64,000 bases of DNA from Sphyrna mokarran (Eukaryota): positions 10,416,001 through 10,480,000 of the forward strand of contig JAGIQG010000040.1 in assembly GCA_024679065.1 (NCBI GenBank), written 5' to 3'. Position numbers and translations under genes: made by a program. This document shows, in pieces, positions 12,990 through 24,063 of this stretch (the stretch's first letter is position 1; each line of letters opens with the position of its first letter). A model generated the notes under the pieces. It saw only the letters and a list, made by a program, of their open reading frames with translations. It searched no databases and was not told the origin of the DNA.

Positions 12990-13878
12990 GTGGCGATGCC
13001 GGCATTGTACTGGGCTAAACATAGTCAGAAGTCTCACAACACCGGGTTAAAGTCCAACAGGTATATTTGGTAGCAAAAGCTTTTGGAGTACTGCCTTCGT
13101 CAGATAAGTGAGAGTTCCATTCATAAACAGGGCATATAAAATACAAGCTCAATTTGCAAAATAATGGTTGGAATGCGAGTCTTTACGGGTAATCAAGTGT
13201 TAAAGGTACAGTCTCACATAGAGCACCATCCACCCAGTACACGGTGCATATCCTTGCAACTTGGCCAACGTTGTCTACCTGAAATGCTGCAGGAAAGGAT
13301 GTCCAGAGCATGGTACATTGGAGAGACCATGCAGATACTACCACAACGGTTGAATGAAAACCAGTCGACAATCATGAGGCAAGAGTATTCTCTTCCTGTT
13401 GGGGAACACTTCAGCGGTCACGGGCAATCGGCCTCTGATCTTCAGTACACTTTGTCCAAGGCAGCCTTCACCACACACGACAGTACAGAATCACTGAGCA
13501 CAGACTGATAGCCAAATTCTAAACACATGAGAACGCCTGAACCGGGATCTTGGGTTCACGTCACGCTAACTGAAACCCCCATGACTTTCCTTGTTCTTGC
13601 CAAATCTCACTTACTGTCTCGGCTAGAGACAACGCACATCTCTTTAAACTTGCTGAACCCTCTCCGAACTCACATTATCTGTATGTTTAAGACCTGATAA
13701 CCTACAAAAATTTGCATTCCAGCCATTATTTTGTAAATTGAGTTTCTGTCATTATATGCCCTGCTTGTGAACAGAACTCCCACTCACCCGAGGAAGGAGA
13801 ACCTCTCTTAAAACTTGTGGCTTTTGCTACCAAATAAACCTGTTGGAATTTAGCCTGGTGTTGTGAGAGTTCTTATAT
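12990..13878. mobile_element. Penelope-like retroelement relic with inverted termini and GIY-YIG remnant
   Basis: Internal translation ...NVVYL.CC.KGCPE/AWYIGET...YSLPVGEHFSGHG. The two ends are inverted copies of each other (aagtctcacaacacc.ggttaaagtccaacagg / cctgttgga.ttta.cctggtgttgtgaga). Confidence 0.75.
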
Positions 13879-14389
13879 TATTTTAGTTTGCAGCAGGTGG
13901 ATTAGAGAATAACATCAACTGGTCATTGTCTCAGTTTATCTCTTTGTTTGTGAGAGTGTGTGTGATAGTTGTATGTCTGCGTGTGTCACTGCTTGTGTTT
14001 GTGTAAGTCTATGTTTTTGTGTGCATGTCTGTGTGTGTTCGTGAATGTGATTGTGTGTGCCAGTTTGTCTACAGCTATTTGTTTGAGATTGTGTATATCT
14101 GTATATGTTTGTGTGTGTGTGCCTGTGAGTTTTCCTGTGTCGGTTTGAGAGTGCATATCTGTGAATGTGTTCGTGTGTGTATGTCTTCGAGTTCACTGTC
14201 ACTGTTCCTGAGATTGGTATAGATTATGTGAATAGGTTCATCTGCATTAAATTATATTAAAATAAATACAATAGGAATAAGAAAAAAAAACACAATCCTC
14301 CAATACAATCCTTCATTTGTCTGAAGATATCCCCGTGATTCATATATCTAAAGCCCTTCCTCAAACACCCGGTCTTTAGCCACAGATTC

Positions 14390-16135
14390 AATTATACTAT
14401 CTCCCTTTTGCAAGCCTTACTAGCAAGTAGCATGGAGAATAATCCTGAGATTACTATCCCAGAGGTCCTGCTCTGTCTAACTCCCTGAGTTGTCTTCACA
14501 GGCCCTCTTCCCCTTTCATTCTTTCCCCTTTCCCCTCTGTCATTAATGCCAATGTGGACAATGACATCTATCTGTTCACATTCCCGTTTCAGGATGCCCT
14601 GTACCTGCTCAGAGACACCCAGGATTCTGAAACCATTGAGACCACACAACATCCTAGAATGTCGTTCGCTGCCATGAAAACGCATGTCTATGCTCCTGAC
14701 TATCGAGTTCTTCTACGACTTTCATTCACTTGGACCTAGCTCGATCCTTCTCTACAGTAGAACTAGTCATGGTGCCAGAAGTCTGGCTGCTGCTGGTATT
14801 TTCCCCTGAGAGGCTATTTCCCCTCCCCCAACATTATCCAAAACAGTATATCTGCATGAGAGGGAATTGTCACAAAACTGCTGCAATACATGCCTGTCTA
14901 TCCTGGCAGTCACTCTTCTATCTATCTGGATGTGGACTTGTGGTGTGACACCTTCTTGAAGCTAGTTCTATCACACTCACTTCTCCCTGTATGTTCGGCA
15001 GCCATAGAGTCATAGAGGTTTACAGCATAGAAACAGGCCCTTTGGCCCAATTTATCCATGTCACCCTTTTATTAAACACTAAGCTAGGCCCACTTGTCAT
15101 GTTTGGTCCATATCCCTCCATACTCATTTTACCCATGTAACTGTCCAAAATATTTTTAAAAATACAAAGTTGTACCCGCCTCTACTACTACCCTTGGTAG
15201 CTTGTTCCAGACACTCACCACCCTCTGTATGAATAAATTGTCCTTCTGGAACATCTTGTAACTCTCCCCTCTCAGCTCAAATTTACACACTTTAGTTTTA
15301 GACTCCCCTACGTTTTGGAAAAAATTTTGCCCATCAAACTGATCTATGCCCCTCATTATTGTATCGACCCCTTTAGGCGACATTCACCCCTATAAGATCA
15401 CCGCTCAATCTTATACAGTCCAGGGGAAAAAAAGCCAACCTTTCCTTATAACTCAAACCATTAAGTCCCGGTAGCATCCTAATAAATCTTTTCTGCATTC
15501 TTTCTAGTTTAATAATATCCTTTCTATAATAGGATGATCAGAATTGCACATAGTACTCCAGGTGTGGCCTTACCAATGTCTTGTGCAACTTCAACACGAA
15601 GTCCCAACTCTTGTATTCAGGTTCTAATGATTAAACGAAACATACTGAATGCCTTCTTTACCACTCTGTCCACCTGTGACTCCACGTTCAATGAGCTACG
15701 AACCCGCTACCGCTAGATCTTTTTGTTCTATAACTCTGCACAACACCCTGCCATTAAATGAGTAAGTTCTGTCCTGGTTTGATTGACCAAAATGGATCAC
15801 CTCGCATTTATCTAAATAAAACTCCATCTTCCGTTCATCAGTCCACTAGCCCAATTGATAAAGATCCCGTTGCAATCCGTGATAACCTTCTTCACTGTCC
15901 ACTATGTCACCAATCTTGGTGTCATCTATAATCTTACTAACCATGCCTCTAAATTTCTCATCCAAATTATTAATAAAAATGACAAATAACAGTGTACCCA
16001 GCACCGATCCATGAGGCACACTGCTCTTCACTGTCCTCCAGTTTGAAAAACAACTCTCTAGAACCACCCTCTGGCTTCTGTCATCAAGCCAATTTTGTAT
16101 CCATTTGGCTCCCTCACCCTGGATCCAGTGAGATT
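14390..16135 (-). mobile_element. Degraded CR1 LINE fragments (ORF1 esterase piece and ORF2 RT 3' part)
   Basis: VIVHIGIND and IVISGL esterase motifs; [24 protein letters not shown] motif; CR1 tail at about 15003. Confidence 0.8.
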
Positions 16136-16369
16136 GTTTCCAGCCGCTGCTCCAACAGGACCCTGCGGTCTGTGAAGAAGTGCAGATGATCACACTTCCC
16201 ACAAACAGTTACCAGGGATACTAGAAAGTTCCCTAATCTCCCACACCTAGCAGGAGGAGCATATCACAGCCCTGACTGCCATCTCTACACTTGGACACGG
16301 AAATAAAAGAAGTTTCCTTACTTTTGACAAAGAGGGACAATCACAAACCCTGAGAGACAACACCCAGAG

Positions 16370-16622
16370 GAGTGACGGGATCAGATTTTGGGGTTGGGAG
16401 CTCCGAGTCAGTGATAACTGTGGAGCCTCGACTGAATCTTCCCAGCTTTCTGTCACCTTTCCATTCTCGAGTTTTATTTTAAACAATGGGCGTGGCCTAA
16501 ATTAACAATGTCCAGGCCTGAGGTATTTCAGTTCAGTTCTGAGATCCAGTGTCCCAGAGCAGCCAGACTCTGCAGTCTCCAGCTCCCCGTCACATAAACC
16601 ATCAGCTCCGGGCAGCAGAGAG
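16370..16622 (+). promoter_or_regulatory. Candidate V-gene promoter
   Basis: CRE half-sites TGACG (16373) and CGTCA (16588), TATA-like CATAAA (16593), overlapping GATA/MYB TGATAACTG (16412-16420), SOX-type AACAATG twice (16482, 16504), and GGGCGTGGC. Confidence 0.4.
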
Positions 16623-16665
16623 ATGGGAATCCTTCTTGTTTTCACTCTGTGTGCCTGTTTACCCC
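16623..16665 (+). CDS. Leader (signal peptide) exon of NAR-TCR V
   Basis: Encodes MGILLVFTLCACLP, has a phase-1 donor GTGAGT, and is followed by a 148-nt intron to the V acceptor. Confidence 0.9.
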
Positions 16666-16813
16666 GTGAGTATCGATCAAACTAACCCACATTGTGTGGA
16701 TTGGATATAAAGCTGTCCCAGCCCATCCCAATTACAGACACTGTTTGGGGTTTTAGCCCCGTTGTGTGGTTCGGATCTGATGGTCCATTAAACTCTCTGT
16801 GTTTAATTTCCAG

Positions 16814-17103
16814 GATCTTTCAGCCAGTCGGTGGTACAGAGCCCAGAAGCGGTGACCAAGAAGGAGTGTCAGTCTCTCACCATCAACTGTGTTTTCTATG
16901 GCGGATTCTTTGCTCGCCCTTTGGTTAACGGCGAGTTCTTCAAACAAACCCAGCCCGGGAAGGAGTGGGAGCCGATCCCCAGCGGAGGGAGATTTATTGT
17001 TTCTGTGAACGAAGCAGGAAAGACATTTTCGCTGGAAATTCGGGATGTGAGAGTTGAAGACGCCGCCACCTATTACTGTAAAGCTCATTATAAATACAAG
17101 ACA
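16814..17103 (+). CDS. NAR-TCR (IgNAR-like) variable segment
   Basis: SFSQSVVQSPEAVTKKECQSLTINCVF...GGRFIVSVNEAGKTFSLEIRDVRVEDAATYYCKA. Short V lacking the C'/C'' (CDR2) region, with NAR-like SLTINCV and GGRF motifs and an extra FR1 Cys. Acceptor ttccag at 16813. Confidence 0.9.
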
Positions 17104-17141
17104 CACAGTGATGGGCCTCGGCTTCCCGCGATACAAAAAAC
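17104..17141 (+). other. RSS of NAR V (22/23-bp spacer)
   Basis: CACAGTG + 22 nt + ACAAAAAAC. Confidence 0.9.
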
Positions 17142-17503
17142 TCTCGCTGCAGATTCTCACAGAACCAAAGCAAAAACCGGAGTTTATCTACCCTGAACAA
17201 TCCCCCCACCCCCCACTACCCCTCCCACCTGCCAATTCCCACAATTGTACCTCACACTCTCGGTGCCACAGTTTATTTTTAATAAGACCTGATTATCACC
17301 GTTGCTATGTTGAGTTTTATAAAGACGGAGTGTGAGTGGATGGGGCTGTCATTCCCGGGAGTGCTGTCGGTGAATTGAGAATGGAAATGACTGATCCCAG
17401 TTACAAACCCTGACACCAGATGGGATCCTCGGCTCACAGCCGGAACTGGGAGCCACTTTCCGCGCTGTTTAATTCATGTTCCAACATCCCACCCAGTCCC
17501 CGA

Positions 17504-17575
17504 GGTTTTGATGCTGAATTGTAACACTGTGTAATATATGGGGAGGTCACGGTGGAAAGAAGCTGAACAAATACC
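17504..17575 (+). other. D segment (17532-17547, TAATATATGGGGAGGT) flanked by 12/12 RSS
   Basis: GGTTTTGAT-12-CACTGTG, then D, then CACGGTG-12-ACAAATACC. Open frames NIWGG and IYGE. Confidence 0.9.
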
Positions 17576-17887
17576 TGTGCACAATTACACTATCAATACT
17601 CAGTACCCAGAGAGTGAATCATTGGTTTGATGATATTATCGCTGTGATCGGGATTATTTCTAATGTAATCTCCACCATTCACATCTTTCCTTGATTTTTT
17701 TTGCTATATATAAAGTGAATATTTCCTTCCTGCGGCCATTTACTTAGAGCTAAGGCCTCAGAAAATTACAATTTGAACCGACAGAGACGTTAAAACCTTG
17801 AATATTATTTATTGATTTTAAATCTCCCGAATAATTGGACACTTCCGAATGTGTGGTGATGGTTTTCCGGCAGATTGAGATATCGGT

Positions 17888-17984
17888 GGTTTTTGTACCG
17901 GGGAAATTGAAGGCGGAGTCACTGTGTATGAATGGAAAAATGCTGATGCGGATGGACCCGGGACGGTGGTGACTGTCACAGCCG
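17888..17984 (+). CDS. NAR-TCR J segment (17927-17984) with perfect 23-RSS
   Basis: GGTTTTTGT-23-CACTGTG; encodes YEWKNADADGPGTVVTVTA; phase-1 donor GTATGT. Confidence 0.9.
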
Positions 17985-20900
17985 GTATGTGACTACAAAT
18001 CCCCTCTTGTTACAGTCTGTCTCGTTTAATGCCCCCCTTAACTTTATCATTGTGATCGGTCTCGTTACAATCCCATCCAATCTTCCTGTGGAAAATCATC
18101 TCTAACAGATTACGAGTTGGGAGCAGGGTGGGATTCTGGAACAGGCTCCATTTCAGTCTCGGGGAAAGTCTGTTTGAGAGCTGATGGAGTCGGCCGTCAG
18201 TGGGATAGGGATAGTGGGACAAGACTTCGAGGGGAGAGGGGTGCGGGGGCGGAGTGGCTTCAGGGGAGAGGGTGGTGAGGCACGGGGTGGGGGTGCCAGT
18301 GTTAGGTGTAATATGGGAGTTGAGAATCTGGATGATTATCGGTTTAAGGGGCATCTAGAACTCTGACACCTCTGACAGCTTTTAACACACTCAACACTCG
18401 GGAATCCACTCTGGATGTTAACTGTGACTGAGGGAGATCTGGCTGTCGCTTCCAGTCCGACAACAGGATCACAAAGCTCTCTCTCCTGGGCAGTAGATTA
18501 CAGTCCTAGCCCTGGAATGTCAATGAAATACCGGCTGACTGAGATCAGTGTCACTGCGGCCGGTTTATTTAACCGCAGCGACTCATTCAATACCTGAACC
18601 AGGAGACAAAAAAAGGAAAATGACACAACGGACCACAGGTGGGAATGAACTGATTGTTGGCCCGGAGGAAAGTTGTAACAGAGAAATCAATGACTGAATT
18701 TACTGACATTTGTATAAAATTAATCGACAGGGAGAGAAAGGTCGGATTATCTCTGGAGAATGCTAAAAATATAATTATCACGATTTGATAATGAGACTTG
18801 TGGAAGTTCGGAGTGAAATGGACTCCTGTGGGGAATACTGTGTAAAATTTGGTCTTCTTTGTTATAGAAAGGTCTACATACATTGGAGGGAATTTACATT
18901 GCCTCCGTTTAATTTTGTTTTCTTATTTCCCACCGCTAGTGGTTAGTTCTGGAGCATAGATCTTCAGTAATTTTGCCAGGATATTTTCAGGGTCCATAGA
19001 TTTTGCAGAATTCAGTACCTTCAGCCGGTGCTGAGTTTTGTGAATTAATTAAACTGGATAAAGACTAACATCACTGATGTTGGGGATCTCTGGAGGAATT
19101 CCAGATGGATCATCCAAAGGATTCCTGTGGAGGAAGAATATTGGCACTGATGTAGCTTTATCTTCAGCAGACTGACAACTCACTTATAGGGATACGGCTG
19201 GGATTGCTCCTGAAGTCTTCATTGAACAAGTGTTACTCTCTTGTTCGCTAATGTCAATGCAGGGGACATGCTGGGTCATGAGGTTACAGATTATGTCTGA
19301 GTACAATTTTGCTATGCATGGCCCACAGTGCCTCAGGTTGCCAAGCATCATGTTGCTAAATCTGCTGGAAATCTGATCTGAAGGCGATGCCACACTACAA
19401 GATGGAGTGTAGATCAATGTGAAGTTAGGACTGAGAGAGGGGGATGAGGTGGAAGTCGTTGAGGGAGAACAGGAGAATAGCAAAGAATTGTGAAGAGAAT
19501 TTCTTTGAACAAGCAATACATGATTAATCGACAGGGAGTGACAGACTGGATTATCTCTGGAGAATGCTAAAAATATAATTATCGCGATTTCATAATGAGA
19601 CTTGTGGAAGTTCGGAGTGAAATGGACTCCTGTCGGGAATACTGTGTAAAATTTGGTCTTCTTTGTTATACATACATACATACATATATATACATATCTA
19701 CATACATTGAAGGGAATTTACATTGTCTTTTGTGAAGAGATTGAAGACCCAGATTTTAATTTGAGGTTAGAGGAATTAGGAGTGATCTCATTAGAATTTA
19801 TCACATTCTCAAAGGACTGGACAAAGCAAATTTTAGGTGTTTGTTTTTTTTTCCTAGGCGGGTGAGTCTATAACTTGAGGTCACATTTTCAGATTAACAG
19901 TTCAGTCAGTTGGATTAAGAAGAGGAGAAATTTCTTCAGTCAAAGCCATTGTGGTGAATCTGAGAATTCTGTACAGCAAAGAGCAGTGGTAGTCAGTGTT
20001 AAACACATTCAAGGCAGCGTTTGTGATATATCTGTACCGTGAAATAGTCAGGGGGAATGGGTCAACGCAGGAATTTCTTGTTGAGGCAGAAGATAAACTG
20101 CAACATTACTGATCGATGGCGCAGCTTTGAAATGTGAAACGGCCGCTCTTGCTTCTATTAGTTGGAAATTTTGCTTCGATTTCTGCATTTCTCAAGAAAT
20201 CAATCCGCAACAATGTCTGGGGTCTCTTTACATCTAGATATTAGAGAACAGTGAAGAGGATTCATGGAAATGGTTCATGTAATGAACATGTTAATGAGAT
20301 GGATGTCACCAAATTATTTATTTTTGGGTGTGTCTGGAGCAAGGGGCTATTAATATCTGATAGTGTTACAATCCCAGTTGATGTTACTATTGGATGGGAA
20401 GCTCCCAGATGAAAATTTGACTGGAAATAATGTAGTGTATTCTCCTGTTTTAGAACAATGGGGGGAATTGAATAATTGGATGGCCAATTAGATTTTAGTA
20501 ATAGAAGATAAAAACATTTATCAATCATGAAAAAGTTTTCTTTGACACAATTTACTATGACAGCCCAACTCTTCAAGACTGTACACAGACTTTAAGGATA
20601 ACACAGATTGCAAAATAAATCTTTGCTATCATGTACCCTGTAAATGCAATCCCTGTAAAACAAAAGGTCATTGTCTTCAGCTACACCCCATTCCAATACC
20701 CAGTGGTAGATACCATCCAATCAAATTTCTGTGAATTGCCCCTCAAAACCCCACAGATCATTAAAAGCTGTGAGCCAACTGGCCTCTCCAGACTCTCACA
20801 TAGACACGAGTGTTTCCCATTCCCCACGTTTGAAAAGTCATGTCTTTGGTAAATTCTACCAAATAACTCTTTGCCTGCTCTACTTTCATCAAGGATCCAC

Positions 20901-23323
20901 TTCCAGAATTTCGCATTTTGTTTTCACTATTCCTCTGTCTTGAATTCCCATATGAATTCAAGTTTCCATACAAGCTCAGAGGTGTGTCGCCATGCCAATA
21001 CTGCTTCACTGGCCTCACCAATATTATGATTATATCTGAAAGCTGGCTGGCCAACTTCACCAGGTCTGTGCAGTTCAGCTCTGCATTTAGCTGGGGTCCT
21101 TTGTCTCTGCCCCGTCTTCAACTTTGAGAATCAGTACATAGTTCAGTTTCGAGTTCCTTTGCCCCCCCAACCACCCCCACCCTCTCAGTTCAGTTGTCCT
21201 GGAACGTTTTCATTTCAGTTCCTTGGTTTCCAAAACTATGTGTTTTTTTATTATCTGGGATTTTTTTTTCTTCTTCTCCTTACTCCACTTATTGTTTCTG
21301 CTTTGACAGAGCAGGTGTTTTTTGTCTCATTGCGTATCTCCTAAAGCCTTGGGCCCAGTTAAACGCCTTCCTAATACAAAGGTGGCTCCTGGTTCCCAAG
21401 GAACAGCCTATTCCTACTTTACAGCGTTTTATTTTTCATGTCATTAACTCCCTCGGCATAATACAGACACCGTTTAAAATGAACGAAAAACCCGAAACAC
21501 ATTTGTTTGATATCAAGCTAACTAGAGTTTTACCCTAACTTATACAGAAACACTAAACTAAACTCAATTAAATCTATACCTCATTTCTAATATTCAATAA
21601 TACAATCACAGATTGCAGAAACCACCTCTGCCTCCTGACAATAGTGATTCAGAGAAAATCTAAATATCAAGAAGCAAAATTTAAAGTATCAGCCAGGATG
21701 TGAAACTCACTGTCATTTTGAATGTTTGGAGCAGCAGGTACTGATACATCTATAGGAAAACTTGAAAATATCAGAGGGAGAAGAGATCAGACTGACACAG
21801 GGAGCTGGATGGGAAAGATCAATTAGAAAACGGCGGGTTGAGGTTGGTCTGGAATATTTACACAGACATATCTGTGTAGGTCGAATTGTCTCTTCTTCTG
21901 CTGCTGTCCTATAAAAATTATAACTTATAGGAAACTCTGCCCAGAGACGCAGGGAAAGAGTCAGTTAATGAGCAGAAAAAAATGAAATAGTCAGAGATCC
22001 AGTGAGTCACAGTAAAACCACTGCGGAAACTGAACAGAATGAACACAACTGACAACAAGTATGAAATTTTCGGGCATGTTTCCACAACACAAAAAACGCG
22101 AACAACAAAAAGTAAATGAAATGCATCTGATTAGAGATTTCAATGTAAAGTGAAGGAGGGAAAACAATAGACTGACAGAAAATAAATAAATAGATTTAAA
22201 AGAAAGGCTTCCAGAAAGTGTTAAATTCAATTAAATGTCTGTACATTTGGCCACCGTTGTTCGGCATGTTTCTGCCCTGTTGAAGCTGATTAATCACAAT
22301 CATTTTTGTTGGATCTTGCTGTGCATTGTGATGTGAGCAGTTGGGTTACGCTTTGACAAGCATTTCTAGAAATGGATTGCGTCACTGATAATAAAATATT
22401 CCCTCAGTTTGTGTCCCAACATGGAACTGGAAGCTGAAATCGAGTATATATGGTAGAATCATTTAGCATGGAAGGGTGACATTCGGCCCCTCGGGTAGAT
22501 GCTGTCCCTTTATAAATGAAATCTAATTCTTCCACAAACTATGAATATTCCTGATAAACCTGTTGTTTTCCTGTTCATGTATGTGATCATTCCTCATTCA
22601 TAATTGACTGTTAAACCAGCTCTTACTAAGCTGACAGTGTGTTCATAAATTCACAGAATTTACAGCAAAAAAACAGGCCCTTCTTTCCAAACTGATCCGT
22701 GTGCCGATCAAAATGCCCATCTAAGCTCAACCATTCGCCTGCTTTTGGCCCATACCCTTCTAAAACTTTTCCCTCCATGTGTCAGTCCAAATGTCTTTTA
22801 AATGTTGTCAATGTCTATGCCTCAACCACTTCCTCCGGCAGCTCATTATACGTATCACCCTTTGTGTAAAAAAAGTTTTCTTCCCTGCAGAGTCCCGTTA
22901 ATTCCTTCTTGTTCTCGATTCTCAACCCTGGGAATAAAATTGAGTTCATTCGCTCTATCAGTGCCTCTTATGATCTTGTACTCTTTTACAAGCTCACCTG
23001 TCTGTCTCCTATGTACCAAAGGAAAAAGTCCAATCTCTGCCTGTAACTCAGTCCCTTGAATCCTGACAACATCCTTGTTAACCTCTTCTGCAATCTCTCC
23101 AGTTTAATAACATCGTTACAGATCATTTGTGCATTTGTGTTTGTTTGCGCAAAATAGAATATCATCTCATTGTACACTGGTTTATAGAGTAAATGAATCT
23201 CGTTCCATTGGAATTAAAATAATAACAACACCGCACAAAACTGAGCTACTCCCGCAACTGTCACAATCCCTGGGTAAAAAGTGGTAAGGCCTTAAAAAAA
23301 AGTGTTTTTTTTTAATCTGGCAG

Positions 23324-23628
23324 ATTCCCTGGTATCCAAGAATCCGCCTCTCCAAATCTCTGCTGCCGATGACACGGTTACTTTAAGCTGTGAATATTCA
23401 GGAATCTGTCAGTACACAGTGTACTGGTACAGTCAGTCCCCAGGACAGGGTCTGAAATACTTGCTTCAGAAAGACACTTCCGGACGGAACAATAAAGAAA
23501 ACGCTGCCGGAGAGAGAATTTCTGCTTCTATCGATTCTGTCGAGAAAATCAGCCGGTTAAAGATCTCCGAACTGCAACTAAGCGACTCGGCTACCTATTA
23601 CTGCGGACTGAGTCGGCACAGCCTGAAC
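23324..23628 (+). CDS. Leaderless supporting TCR-delta-like V segment
   Basis: DSLVSKNPP...VTLSCEYSGICQYTVYWYSQSPGQGLKYLL...LKISELQLSDSATYYCGLSRHSLN. Full V fold with WY and YYC motifs and an extra CDR1 Cys. Phase-1 acceptor is in frame with the NAR J donor; no leader exon found nearby. Confidence 0.9.
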
Positions 23629-23667
23629 CACGGTAGTTGAATCTCCCTTAACACCCGTACAATAACC
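23629..23667 (+). other. 23-RSS of supporting V
   Basis: CACGGTA + 23 nt + ACAATAACC. Confidence 0.8.
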
Positions 23668-23866
23668 TCCCAGCATCACGGGAGAAAACCAAGCTCTCTA
23701 AATAACACCCTCCCAACACCACTCCCACCACCATCTTCCATCTCCACCGAGTGTACACAATTATTTATCCCCCACCCTCTTCCCCCGTTCCCCACCCCAC
23801 CCCATCCACCCATTCCCGGTGCTGGGACACGGCAGAAGGACAGAGAGAGGTGGACAAGATCACAAC

Positions 23867-23955
23867 AGATCTGGTTATGGAATCAAACAGCGTGTAACAT
23901 GGAGAGACTAGAAAGCTCATCTTTGGCAATGGAAGCAGGCTGATTGTGGAACCCA
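23867..23955 (+). CDS. TCR alpha/delta-type J segment (23895-23955) with 12-RSS
   Basis: AGATCTGGT-12-CAGCGTG (weak nonamer); encodes *HGETRKLIFGNGSRLIVEP; donor GTAAGT. Confidence 0.85.
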
Positions 23956-24063
23956 GTAAGTAACTAATCCTGGATAATGATTACTCAACATGTTAGTTCC
24001 CCTCCGTGACTTCATGGAGCCATACAGTCACTGCGTTATTTCAATTAACACTATTTTTATATG

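Noticed and set aside
16623-17984. IgNAR heavy-chain cluster
   Set aside because: There is only one D and no IgNAR C1-C5 exons; it is followed by a leaderless TCR V and a TCR-type TM with R/K residues.
18720-19730. About 170-bp direct repeats (18720-18900 and 19522-19730) as LTRs
   Set aside because: No TG..CA termini, PBS or internal retroviral ORF; more likely a local duplication.
20380-21620. Possible LTR/ERV remnant in the NAR J to V intron
   Set aside because: No gag/pol motif could be identified with confidence.
23668-23866. D-delta segment between the supporting V and J
   Set aside because: No heptamer/nonamer pair was found by eye in this C-rich spacer.
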